Positions 1 to 9,173 of a DNA stretch of 64,000 nt are shown here, piece by piece (position 1 is the first letter of the stretch; each line of letters begins with the position of its first letter). The stretch lies in assembly GCA_963668025.2 (NCBI GenBank), contig CAXXTH010000022.1, forward strand, positions 96,001 through 160,000. Direction: 5' to 3'. Made by a program: the position numbers and the translations under genes. The notes under the pieces were generated by a model. That model searched no databases. It was not told the origin of the DNA and saw only the letters and a list, made by a program, of their open reading frames with translations. This DNA is from Candidatus Hydrogenedentota bacterium. Its GTDB lineage: Bacteria; Hydrogenedentota; Hydrogenedentia; Hydrogenedentales; SLHB01.

Positions 1-429
1 CGCGCGGAAAAGGAGATGGGGCTGGCGTTTACCGAGCTGCCGGATAACATCGAACTCCGGCAGTTAAACGAGTTGGCGAAGGCCACGCGCGCTTTGACCG
101 ACTGTTACAGCGATTACCACCTCGCGATGGTTTACGCCAATACCGCGCGTTGCACGTTGGACGGCGAAGCAAAGGCGAGAAACGCCTCGCTGGCGCATGC
201 GCATTTGGAGAAGGTAGGCGCGAACCTCAATAGCTACGTGGCCAACATGCTGCCAATCACGGCCGACATGACGCCCAATCCTGACCTTGGCCGCATGAAA
301 CGGGATGTGGAGATGTTCTATCTGACCGCCATCGCCTGCATGGTGCGCGAAGGCGTCTACCTGTTTGATCAGGAATTCAGTGGAAATCTGCTGCCCGCAT
401 TTGACCAGGCTATCGGCTTGGTAAAATAA
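1..429 (+). CDS. hypothetical protein, probably 5'-truncated by the window edge
   Basis: Frame is open from base 1 through ATG16 to TAA429; no recognisable motif. Confidence 0.5.
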   Translation, partial: RAEKEMGLAFTELPDNIELRQLNELAKATRALTDCYSDYHLAMVYANTARCTLDGEAKARNASLAHAHLEKVGANLNSYVANMLPITADMTPNPDLGRMKRDVEMFYLTAIACMVREGVYLFDQEFSGNLLPAFDQAIGLVK

Positions 430-460
430 CCATGGCCGGGAATGGGTTCGTTCATAAAGT

Positions 461-509
461 CTGTGCTCCTACTACACATTCTTCATAGAATGCATAAATA
501 GGAGCACAG
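461..509. terminator. inverted repeat between convergent genes, candidate bidirectional terminator
   Basis: CTGTGCTCCTA (461-471) and TAGGAGCACAG (499-509) form a perfect 11-bp inverted repeat with a 27-nt loop. Confidence 0.4.
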
Positions 510-533
510 GAAATAGAATGAATTATATAATCA

Positions 534-1412
534 CTACTTTATGGCTATCACACTTCCGCCTGCCTCTCTAGAACGGACAGCCGCATCCAGGAATCCAATC
601 ACTTCCACCGACTCTTCCAGTGGAACGGGGATAATAGCATCCAGGAAAAATCCGCCCAGTTTTCGGGCCATCGCTTGATAGAAGTCGCCTGTGGCCGCGA
701 AATGAATGCTGCTCTCTCCATGGATGACACCGCCAAAACTGTTCACCTGCTTGCGCCCGCCGCGCATGACAGCGATACGCCCGTCTTTCCAGCGGCCTGC
801 GACCACTTCGCCGCTTTCATGCCATAACGTCTGCACGGCTTCCACCCCGGGCCCCATGATAGCAAAGATCATCTCAGCGGTATGGATGCCATAATAAACA
901 ATGCCTCGCCCTTTTTCGTAATACGCCGCAGGCCCGAAGGCGTCTACGCCCTGTATGTCTTTGCTCTGCTGAAGGGCGGCTAATAGATTGGGTTCAAAAC
1001 GCAAGGAGGAAGCGCTCCATACCGGCGTTCCATATTCTTTTGCCAGAGCCGAAATGGCTTTCGCGTCTTCATAGGTGTTGGCCAGAGGCTTGTCGATGAA
1101 GAGGGGCTTTTTGGCAGGCAACAGCTTCCGGGCCACTTCGAGATGCGTGTCGCCATTGACGCACTCCAGCAAAAAACCGTCACAACACTCAACGAGTTCA
1201 TCTAAATCCTGTATGGCCTCAATGCCTTCCGCGGCAATGTCTTTCAAAAAAGACTCGAGCATTTCAGGATGTACGGCGGTGCTGGGATCACCCTGCCAGC
1301 CATAGGGAAACTCGAGCGCTTTAAAACGAGGCTCTTCCGAGGCCAAGGCGCGCAGTTTTTGGGGAAACACAAAACTATGGCTGGTATCAAATCCCACAAT
1401 ACCAATTTTCAT
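534..1412 (-). CDS. Gfo/Idh/MocA family oxidoreductase
   Basis: N-terminal KIGIVGFDTSH Rossmann strand, FIDKPLA motif, YYGIH; last gene of the ABC operon. Confidence 0.85.
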   Translation of the reverse strand: MKIGIVGFDTSHSFVFPQKLRALASEEPRFKALEFPYGWQGDPSTAVHPEMLESFLKDIAAEGIEAIQDLDELVECCDGFLLECVNGDTHLEVARKLLPAKKPLFIDKPLANTYEDAKAISALAKEYGTPVWSASSLRFEPNLLAALQQSKDIQGVDAFGPAAYYEKGRGIVYYGIHTAEMIFAIMGPGVEAVQTLWHESGEVVAGRWKDGRIAVMRGGRKQVNSFGGVIHGESSIHFAATGDFYQAMARKLGGFFLDAIIPVPLEESVEVIGFLDAAVRSREAGGSVIAIK

Positions 1413-1454
1413 ATATCCTCCTTTTCAGACCTAGCTGAATTTTTTAAGGTTTCT

Positions 1455-2306
1455 TTATCCCTTAAGTCCGCTTGTAACGATACCACGAATAAAGGCCTTT
1501 TGAGCCACAAAAAACAGCGCTACAATGGGCAGCATCATCATGGCGCTTGCGGCCATTAGCATCCCCCATTCCAGCGTATGTGAGCCTTGAAACTGTTGCA
1601 AACCAAGAGACAGCGTAAATTTCTCTGGACTTTGCAAATAAATGAGCGGCCCCATGAAATCCACCCACGAGCCAATGAACGTGAACAGCGCGACGGTCAC
1701 AAGGGCTGGCACGGACAAGGGAATGATCAGGCGGAAGAAGATACGGAATTCAGAACAGCCATCAATGCGGGCGGCCTCACTGAGCGATTCCGGAATGCCT
1801 CGAAAAAACTGGCGTAACAGGAATACGAAAAATGGCGCGCCGAAAAATGAAGGCAGAATCAGCGGGATGTAGGTGTCGATAGCGCGAATGGTTCTGAAAA
1901 TGATGAAGACCGGAATCATCGTCACCTGTGGCGGCAGAATCATGGTGCCCAGCATCAGATAAAAAAAGAACTCGCGGCCTTTCCAGCGAATGCGGGAAAA
2001 ACCATACGCCACCAAGCTGGCGCTCAAGACGTTTCCAATTACATTCCATACGCAAATAATCAGCGTATTTTTTGTATAACTCCAAAAAGGTATAAATATC
2101 ATGGCGTTAGTGTAGTTTTCCCAATGGAACACTTTTGGAATCCATTGCGGAGGATAGACAAACATCTCCTCGGTGCTCTTCACGGAGGAAGCAAGCAGCC
2201 AGAAGAAAGGCGCTATGAAAAAGAACGAGCCTGCCAGAAGGAAAAAATACGCAAGGCATTTATCCGTAGTAGTTACTCGCATACCTGATGTATCATTTTT
2301 TGGCAT
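1455..2306 (-). CDS. carbohydrate ABC transporter permease (MalG-like)
   Basis: About 6 TM segments and EAA loop (LSEAARIDGCS). Confidence 0.93.
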   Translation of the reverse strand: MPKNDTSGMRVTTTDKCLAYFFLLAGSFFFIAPFFWLLASSVKSTEEMFVYPPQWIPKVFHWENYTNAMIFIPFWSYTKNTLIICVWNVIGNVLSASLVAYGFSRIRWKGREFFFYLMLGTMILPPQVTMIPVFIIFRTIRAIDTYIPLILPSFFGAPFFVFLLRQFFRGIPESLSEAARIDGCSEFRIFFRLIIPLSVPALVTVALFTFIGSWVDFMGPLIYLQSPEKFTLSLGLQQFQGSHTLEWGMLMAASAMMMLPIVALFFVAQKAFIRGIVTSGLKG

Positions 2307-2309
2307 GAA

Positions 2310-3221
2310 TTAATCTTCTCCGTAATGCACCCAAACACTGCTTCGAATGGTGGCGGTGACGATGAGCGCGATAATTAGGAACAATACCCACGCCATGGCG
2401 CTCGCATACCCCATGGAGAAATTGTTGAAGGCCTGCTGGTACAGATATAGGGCATATACAAGCGTTGAACCTTCTGGGCCTCCCGCGATGACCTGTTTGT
2501 CGCCCGCTCCGCCGCCAGTCATGATGAATACCTGGGTGAAATATTGGAATGAACCAATAATGCCCATGATGACATTGAACAGGATCAGGGGGCTGATCGA
2601 AGGGATCGTGATATGCCATAATTGGTGGCGCCGTCCCGCTCCATCGACCAGCGCCGCTTCGTATAGCTCGATGGGCGTCTGTTGCAGTCCCGCCAGAAAA
2701 ATGATCATGGTGCCGCCGACGCCCCACAATCCTGTCAGAATCAGGGCCGGTTTCGACCAGAACGGATCGGTCAGCCATCCCGGGCCGTCCAGGCCGAACC
2801 ATCTCAGAACGGCGTTGATCAGGCCGTATTCGGGATTCAAGATCCACACCCACAAGATAGAGGTCGCCACAACAGGCACGATGCTGGGCAAATAAAATAT
2901 GGTGCGGAAAATAGACTGGCCTTTTACTTTTGCGTTCAACATCACCGCGAGGAAAAATGCGAAGGCCAATCCCAGCGGCAATCCGAAGGCGGTAATGAAA
3001 AAGGTGTTATACAGCGATTTATAAAAATAGGGATCCTGCGTAAACAATTCGATATAATTTTGCAACCCTATCCAGCGTGGCGGCCGGATAATGTTGTAGC
3101 GGCAAAACGAATAGTAAAAACCGATGATGACGGGATATACAGAAAAGCAGAGGAACCCCACGAGCCACGGCGATATAAACAGAAGCCCCGTCATTAGGTT
3201 GCGTTTTTCGCGTTTAGTCAT
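2310..3221 (-). CDS. carbohydrate ABC transporter permease (MalF-like)
   Basis: TM segments, WIGLQNY, EAA loop (LYEAALVDGAG), MGYASAMAW. Confidence 0.93.
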   Translation of the reverse strand: MTKREKRNLMTGLLFISPWLVGFLCFSVYPVIIGFYYSFCRYNIIRPPRWIGLQNYIELFTQDPYFYKSLYNTFFITAFGLPLGLAFAFFLAVMLNAKVKGQSIFRTIFYLPSIVPVVATSILWVWILNPEYGLINAVLRWFGLDGPGWLTDPFWSKPALILTGLWGVGGTMIIFLAGLQQTPIELYEAALVDGAGRRHQLWHITIPSISPLILFNVIMGIIGSFQYFTQVFIMTGGGAGDKQVIAGGPEGSTLVYALYLYQQAFNNFSMGYASAMAWVLFLIIALIVTATIRSSVWVHYGED

Positions 3222-4561
3222 GGTAAATCCTTATACAACTCGGCGTCCAGCAACGCTCTATCGAGTGATTTCTGCAATCGCTTTTGGAGCGTAGCCAGGC
3301 CTTCCTTCGGGGTAATCGCGCCTGAAAACACCAGCTCCAACACCTGATTGCATTCGGCCGTGAGTTGCTGTCCCAGTGGAAGCGCAGGCACATACCGCGT
3401 CCGGCCCGCACGCAGCAAATCAACAAAATCCTTCATCCTTGTTTTCATTAATTCCTGATATGCGGGATGATTTAGCGCTTCTTCCATGGGCGGTATATTG
3501 TACAGCGCCGCGGCGAACCGTGCGGATTGTTCTGGGCTGATCAGCCAATGCAAAAACGTCCAGGCTTCCTCGGGGTGTGGGCATCCCACTGGAATCGCCC
3601 AGAAACTGTTTCCCGAAATTGTAACGCTTTCCTGTCCAGGTATCACTGTGGGAATGGGTGCAATGCCATAATCCAGATCAATCGCGTATTCCTGGATAAA
3701 CCTCATTTGCCATTGGCCGTCCTCCCAAATCGCAATCTTCCCTTTGTAGAAAGGATTGTTGGGGCTCTGGCTTTCGCCAAATGTAGAGGTAAACCTTCTG
3801 TAGTTATCTATGCCGTATTTTCGATAGAAGGACTCCATCCATTCCAACGCGCGCAGGTTCGCAGGCGAATCAATACACAGCCGCTTCCCGACGGGATCAT
3901 AGATATCGCCGCCGAAATTCCAAAACCAAATGAAGGGACTGCTGGGCATGAATCCTATGCGGGAGATCCGTCCGTCTGCATCCGTTTTAGACAGTTTTTC
4001 ACCCCACTCCGTGAGTTCATCGAGCGTCTTTGGACCCTGGTTCGGAGGAAGACCCGCTTCTCGCAACAGATTGTTATTATAATATAACATGGTCACGTTA
4101 AGCGTGGTGGGAACTCCGTACTTTTTATCAGAGAACATCCCGCATTCCCAAATATGGGGCAAATAATCCTCTTTTGTTATGCCGCTTTCCGCCAGCCAAT
4201 TGTTGAGCGGCATGAAGCATCCGGCTTCCCCCATCGTAGGCAGCATCCAGTCCCATATAGTCGCGACATCCGGTGGAATGCCGCCAGCAATGGCCGCCAT
4301 GAGCTTGTCGCCGATGACGAAGCTGGAAGCTTTCACTTTGATATGCGGATGCGTCCGATTGAATTCATCTATAAGTTCTTTCATAAATTTGCCTTCGTGG
4401 CCATTCCAGGCATGCCAGAAAACAATCTCGACGGGATCTTCACTCTTCTCAGGGCTGCACCCCGCAGCCAGCAGCAGCATGGCGAGTGGAGCAAAAAAGG
4501 CCAGCAATAGGCATTTGCGGCAGCAAATCAGGTTATATGCAATACTATGGATAAAGGGCAT
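3218..4561 (-). CDS. sugar ABC transporter substrate-binding lipoprotein (family 1)
   Basis: Lipobox LAAGC, FWHAW, PPDV, LYYN motifs; 4-bp overlap with the permease gene. Confidence 0.9.
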   Translation of the reverse strand: MPFIHSIAYNLICCRKCLLLAFFAPLAMLLLAAGCSPEKSEDPVEIVFWHAWNGHEGKFMKELIDEFNRTHPHIKVKASSFVIGDKLMAAIAGGIPPDVATIWDWMLPTMGEAGCFMPLNNWLAESGITKEDYLPHIWECGMFSDKKYGVPTTLNVTMLYYNNNLLREAGLPPNQGPKTLDELTEWGEKLSKTDADGRISRIGFMPSSPFIWFWNFGGDIYDPVGKRLCIDSPANLRALEWMESFYRKYGIDNYRRFTSTFGESQSPNNPFYKGKIAIWEDGQWQMRFIQEYAIDLDYGIAPIPTVIPGQESVTISGNSFWAIPVGCPHPEEAWTFLHWLISPEQSARFAAALYNIPPMEEALNHPAYQELMKTRMKDFVDLLRAGRTRYVPALPLGQQLTAECNQVLELVFSGAITPKEGLATLQKRLQKSLDRALLDAELYKDLP

Positions 4562-4580
4562 GTGATATCCTCATCAGGCG

Positions 4581-4602
4581 GATCGGACTGATCGGGCCGA
4601 TC
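4581..4602. repeat. 9-nt periodic GATC micro-array
   Basis: GATCGGACT GATCGGGCC GATC; a similar array lies at 63232-63272. Confidence 0.55.
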
Positions 4603-4649
4603 TTTTTCTAGAAACATCTGGTGAGCTAGAACGTTTGGTCATTTCAGTA

Positions 4650-4684
4650 AAGGCCCGCCGACCGTAATCCAGACGGCGGGCCTT
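4650..4684 (-). terminator. intrinsic terminator or stabilising hairpin after the surface-protein gene
   Basis: AAGGCCCGCCG / CGGCGGGCCTT 11-bp stem just past the stop at 4709; short U tract. Confidence 0.65.
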
Positions 4685-4708
4685 CGCGCAACATACACTA
4701 CCGTAGTA

Positions 4709-6493
4709 TTATTTGGCGCATACGCCTTTCTTCAAGGCCACTACGCCGCCGCAAAGCGACAGCAACGCCAGCAGCATCACCGCGACCGAGTTCACCGGCA
4801 ACTCGCCCGCAGCCGGGAAATCGAGCGGATCGAGCGGATCGGTGTTCGCATCAACTTCCTGCTTATCGGAGTACGTATCTTCATCCGTATCCGCAAGATA
4901 CGGGTTGGTTCCGATGGTTTCTTCTTCGCCATTGGTCAGGCCATCGCCGTCTTCGTCGCCTTCGGGATCGAGAACGGATTCAACCGCTTCTTCATACGCG
5001 CCCATGGAGACGCCCGCCACCGTGCCAGGACGAGCCGCACCGAGCAAATCGTCAGCCGGAACCAGCGCATCGGAGGCATTGCCCGTATCAAGGGCCGGAG
5101 AACCAGAGGCCAGCCGGTAATCATCATTTGCGGCATCCGCGAATTCCGGAGCTACGAAGAGATTGCCTGTGCCATCAATGAAGGGATTCGGATTGAGTTC
5201 TTCGACCGGAGGATATTCCTGGAAGAGCGAGTAGTTCACGTACAACGTCGGAGTGCCAGCATCCGTGGCATAATCACGGCGGCCCGCACCTGGATTATTA
5301 TCCCATGCGACCGTATTCAGCACATTCGTGATCGCGCCGGCTTTGTCTACGATGGCTCCACCAACGCCAGGATTCCCCGCAAACGTGCAGTTAACAACAT
5401 CCACCGTACCGCCGCCCGCATCCGCCTCATAATTGAAAAGGCACGAGCCTGTCTCCGTATTGCCTGTAAACAGGCAATTAGTCACTGGCACATGAGAATC
5501 CACATCGGTTTCATGGATACAGAGCACATCATTTCCCGCGTTTCCAACGAACTTGGTGTTTGCCACTGAGCCGCCCGCCACCGACTTCATCAGAATCGCA
5601 CTGCCATTATAGCCTGCATTATTCTCGAAATAACTGTCACTTACATTCAGGGTATCCGTAGCATTGCCACCGCCCCATGCGCAGATGGCGCCGCCTGTAT
5701 CCCAAGAATGGTTCTTAAATGTGCAGCCTTCCACTTCCCATGGGCCGCCCGCACTCCAGAACGCAATGCCAGCGCCAAGCCAGGCGCAGGTGTTTGCATC
5801 GAACGTGCAGTTGCGAAATGTAGCGCCCTGCATGACAAATGCGCCGCCACCGCCAGCCGTCGAGGAGTTGCCGATGAACGAGCATCCGTCCATCACCACT
5901 GTGCTCGAGGTGATGAGCGCGCCGCCGCCGTTATCGCTTCCCTGGCACCCCGTAACAACACAATCGCTAATCGTCAATGAACTGCCAGCGACCCAGATGC
6001 CTGCGCCACCGCCAGCCACACAATTCTGGATGATCAGATTCGATACCGAGTTCGTGCTGTTCATAGCGTTTAAATAGAGGCCACGGCCAGCAGCGTTTTG
6101 CAGGGTGAAACCGTCGATGGACGCATTCGTCAGGCTAGCGCCATACACGCACATTTCTTTGGCATCTTCCGCTGAAGCGGAAATGATGGATACATTTGCC
6201 GCCGGATCACGCGTTTCGAGGGTGCCGCCATTGGTGAAACCGCCCAAAATCGCAACATCGGATTGCATGACGATGGTTGCGGAATAGGTGCCCGCCGCCA
6301 CCCAGATGTCTTCACCCGAACCCAGTGAGACTGCGGCAGCAAGTGCGCCAGCTCCTTGGTACGCATTTTCCCACGACGAGCCGTCATTCGCACCCGTCGT
6401 CAGATTTGCATCCGCATACACTATCGCGGATGCGCTCGGCGCTATCGCAAGCGCCATGACAAACAACGCCATTACCATCATTCGTGTTCGCAT
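4709..6493 (-). CDS. secreted parallel beta-helix repeat protein with acidic Ca-binding-like repeats and C-terminal membrane anchor
   Basis: Signal peptide (ASA|I); NDGSSWENAY; GGG/N-rich repeats; DYRLASGSPALDTG...MGAYE (choice-of-anchor-Q-like); DEDGDGL/DTDED repeats; tail ELPV + hydrophobic helix + KK. Confidence 0.8.
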   Translation of the reverse strand: MRTRMMVMALFVMALAIAPSASAIVYADANLTTGANDGSSWENAYQGAGALAAAVSLGSGEDIWVAAGTYSATIVMQSDVAILGGFTNGGTLETRDPAANVSIISASAEDAKEMCVYGASLTNASIDGFTLQNAAGRGLYLNAMNSTNSVSNLIIQNCVAGGGAGIWVAGSSLTISDCVVTGCQGSDNGGGALITSSTVVMDGCSFIGNSSTAGGGGAFVMQGATFRNCTFDANTCAWLGAGIAFWSAGGPWEVEGCTFKNHSWDTGGAICAWGGGNATDTLNVSDSYFENNAGYNGSAILMKSVAGGSVANTKFVGNAGNDVLCIHETDVDSHVPVTNCLFTGNTETGSCLFNYEADAGGGTVDVVNCTFAGNPGVGGAIVDKAGAITNVLNTVAWDNNPGAGRRDYATDAGTPTLYVNYSLFQEYPPVEELNPNPFIDGTGNLFVAPEFADAANDDYRLASGSPALDTGNASDALVPADDLLGAARPGTVAGVSMGAYEEAVESVLDPEGDEDGDGLTNGEEETIGTNPYLADTDEDTYSDKQEVDANTDPLDPLDFPAAGELPVNSVAVMLLALLSLCGGVVALKKGVCAK

Positions 6494-6559
6494 TATGTAA
6501 CTCCTCCAGTTGTCTCTTTCTTCGCCCTTAATCCGAAAAGGAATGCTCCTTTACGTGGA

Positions 6560-7693
6560 TCAACCATACCCGCCCACCAACGCACTATACTGATACAAGG
6601 TACAACTTAATTGCGGCTTGGACTCGACCCGGTCTGGGGAAATACATGGGAATTTCGAGCCATAGCGGAAAAACTCGACATGCCCATCCATAAAGAGCGC
6701 ATTGCTGCCGCCTGGGACGTGGTTGAAATACACCACTCCGCTATCCGTATGAAATCCGGTGTCATCCACACCGATATTGTAATCCGTGGCCCAAGCGTCC
6801 CACATAATAGGCAGCATGCTCTGCCCCATGGCGCCGCTGGCCGGATTATTGATATCGGTAATGAAGAATCGCTCGACGCCTTCCCGGGTCCGCTTATAGG
6901 CGGAAGGCAACGGGTTGCCATCATCATCGCCCCAGCCCCAGGCGCTTGCTTTCGCACGACGGTCTTTGCCGGGCAGATGATTCATCACCGCACTTGGCAC
7001 ATCAATTTGCCCCATGTCGTACCATTCGTAAATGCCGTTCCACTCATCCCGGCATCCTACGGCCGATAGATTCGACGTCACGATTGTTTTGATCTGGGTT
7101 GCCGCGCTATAGGAGCCATACGGTTCACGCCAATACTGTGAGCCAAAGCCACTCGCCATCACGGACTCGAGCCACTGCGACCCGGTGGCGGTCGCATAAG
7201 GATTGTATATGTACGAGAAGGGGTGGGATAGGATGGTTAACCGGCATATTTTCGCTGTCTCCGTCAGGCTCGAATTGCCATTGTCGGAAACTTTATCAAC
7301 AATATCCGCTATCGGTTCATCGCCGAGGCCTGGGAAATCGCCACCCCATCGAGCGATACCGCCCCAATCGCCACGAGAGTCCGAAGGACAAAGTGCGATA
7401 CTGGGATCATTCCAGTAGTCCGGATACAACTCACCTGCATTCACTCCCTGTGACCAATACATTCCTGCCGGCTTATAGGCGCTGGAGCCGGGTAGCAGCC
7501 CGCTTTTGTTTTCCGAGGAATACATCTTGCAGATGATGCCCCATTGCTTGAGATTGCTTGCGCAGCTCGCACGGCGTGCGGCCTCCCGCGCACGGGCCAG
7601 CGCGGGCAGCAAAATAGCCGCCAGAATGGCGATAATGGCTATCACCACCAGCAGCTCAATCAGTGTAAAGCCTCTTTTGGAATGACCAATCAT
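6560..7693 (-). CDS. DUF1559 pilin-like protein (prepilin N-terminal cleavage/methylation plus H-X9-DG-type C-terminus)
   Basis: KRG|[39 protein letters not shown]; [16 protein letters not shown]; start moved to ATG7693 behind AGAGGAGGA. Confidence 0.92.
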   Translation of the reverse strand: MIGHSKRGFTLIELLVVIAIIAILAAILLPALARAREAARRASCASNLKQWGIICKMYSSENKSGLLPGSSAYKPAGMYWSQGVNAGELYPDYWNDPSIALCPSDSRGDWGGIARWGGDFPGLGDEPIADIVDKVSDNGNSSLTETAKICRLTILSHPFSYIYNPYATATGSQWLESVMASGFGSQYWREPYGSYSAATQIKTIVTSNLSAVGCRDEWNGIYEWYDMGQIDVPSAVMNHLPGKDRRAKASAWGWGDDDGNPLPSAYKRTREGVERFFITDINNPASGAMGQSMLPIMWDAWATDYNIGVDDTGFHTDSGVVYFNHVPGGSNALFMDGHVEFFRYGSKFPCISPDRVESKPQLSCTLYQYSALVGGYG

Positions 7694-7752
7694 CAATAAT
7701 CCTCCTCTTCTGTTCCTGTTGCCTTTCAAGCAATTGTTCATGATGGCAATAT

Positions 7753-8958
7753 TTAGTGTGTGATATATTTAGGGATATATATTTTGTTTGATTCACCTCC
7801 TTCTGTACTGCTGGATTGCAGTTCAAAGTTTTCCCAAGCAGCCAACGGTTCAAAATCATCTCCGAGCGGGCAAGAACCTCGGACGCGAAGCCGTGGAGAA
7901 CAGATAATCTCCCGGCCTGGCTCCGCCATGCCCTCTATCTCCTCGAAAAGCAATTCCGCTGCTTTTGCACCCATCAAGGCCTGACGAATATTTAGCGCGG
8001 TGATGCTTGGCTCCGCCGTGTTGAAGCCTTGCTCATCGCCATACGAAACCAACTCGACGTCTTCCGGGCAGCGCAATTCCAAGCTTTGGATGTTTTGGAG
8101 AATTCTCATGACCATGTCCGCCCACGCAACGATAAAGGCGGTAGGACGGGGTGAAGTGAGGAGAAGCTCCCGGACCTCTTCGCTTATAATTTCATAACAG
8201 GACGCATTGTTAAACCTGGCTTCGTTTTGGGGCAAGATCAGTTTTGAATCGACAGGGACGCCGTATGCCTCATGCGCAAGACGATATCCCTTCTCCCGTA
8301 ATTGGCTTAACAGATTCGCCAAACCTCGGGGCAATACCAAGGCAATACGGCGGTGCCCCCGTTTCAGCAAGGCGGCGGTCAGCGCGTAAATGGCCCCCTG
8401 GTTGTCGCCAGAGACCGTACTAACGGAATGTGTGCTGGGATTGGGGCCTATCATCACCAGCGGAATGCCCTCTTCGAGGATTGGCGTATACAGATCATAA
8501 GCCGGATTAGGCGAGGTGTAGATCACCCCCTCCACGAAATCTAGCGGCGAATTCGCACAGATGGGTGCATCTTTGGCATCGGTCTCGCTACGGCCCAATA
8601 GCTGAAGATCATAGCTTCGCCTCACCGTTACGGATTGAATACCGCTGATAATCTTTCCCAAGGTCGCCGTATACAAATCGTGCCATTCGTCGATTTCGTC
8701 CGGCGGCGTGGCGAAGGCGGCCATGGACACCCCAATGATCCGCGTATTCTTGGTCATCAGGCTTTGAGCGATACGATTGGGCCGGTATCCCAGCTTCTCG
8801 ACAGCGTCCAACACCAATTGGCGCGTGGAGTCCGAGATGGTGATGGGAGCGCCTTGGCCGCTGAGCACGCGGGAAACGGTGGCTCGGCTCACCCCTGCGA
8901 ATCGGGCCACTTCCTGCATGGTGACGTTCCGTTTGACATCGGGGATTTTTTTCATCAT
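7753..8958 (-). CDS. LacI family transcriptional regulator
   Basis: [30 protein letters not shown] hinge, sugar-binding domain. Confidence 0.95.
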   Translation of the reverse strand: MMKKIPDVKRNVTMQEVARFAGVSRATVSRVLSGQGAPITISDSTRQLVLDAVEKLGYRPNRIAQSLMTKNTRIIGVSMAAFATPPDEIDEWHDLYTATLGKIISGIQSVTVRRSYDLQLLGRSETDAKDAPICANSPLDFVEGVIYTSPNPAYDLYTPILEEGIPLVMIGPNPSTHSVSTVSGDNQGAIYALTAALLKRGHRRIALVLPRGLANLLSQLREKGYRLAHEAYGVPVDSKLILPQNEARFNNASCYEIISEEVRELLLTSPRPTAFIVAWADMVMRILQNIQSLELRCPEDVELVSYGDEQGFNTAEPSITALNIRQALMGAKAAELLFEEIEGMAEPGREIICSPRLRVRGSCPLGDDFEPLAAWENFELQSSSTEGGESNKIYIPKYITH

Positions 8959-8982
8959 TATAGTTTTCCGAGTAATTCACAA

Positions 8983-9041
8983 ATCACGCGCGCTCAGTAT
9001 CGCGCGTTCATGATAATACTGCGGGCGATTCTTTTTGTCAA
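8983..9041 (-). promoter_or_regulatory. sigma70 promoter of the lacI-DUF1559 operon with tandem CG-centred operator-like sites
   Basis: Minus strand TTGACA(9041-9036)-17 nt-TATTAT(9018-9013), followed by TGAACGCGCGATAC and TGAGCGCGCGTGAT. Confidence 0.7.
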
Positions 9042-9173
9042 GCCCTGTTTTTCGCTCGCAGTGAAAAGATAAAAAAGGCGCATTGGTGAAGACAATTCAG
9101 GTTGTTTGGGAAAAAGAAGGCCGTAGGAAAATGTACTGTTTGGTGAATTCAACTAGCCATTGGAGAATGCGAG

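Noticed and set aside
4818-4843. Tandem ATCGAGCGG repeat
   Set aside because: It encodes DPLDPLD inside the surface protein, so coding explains it.
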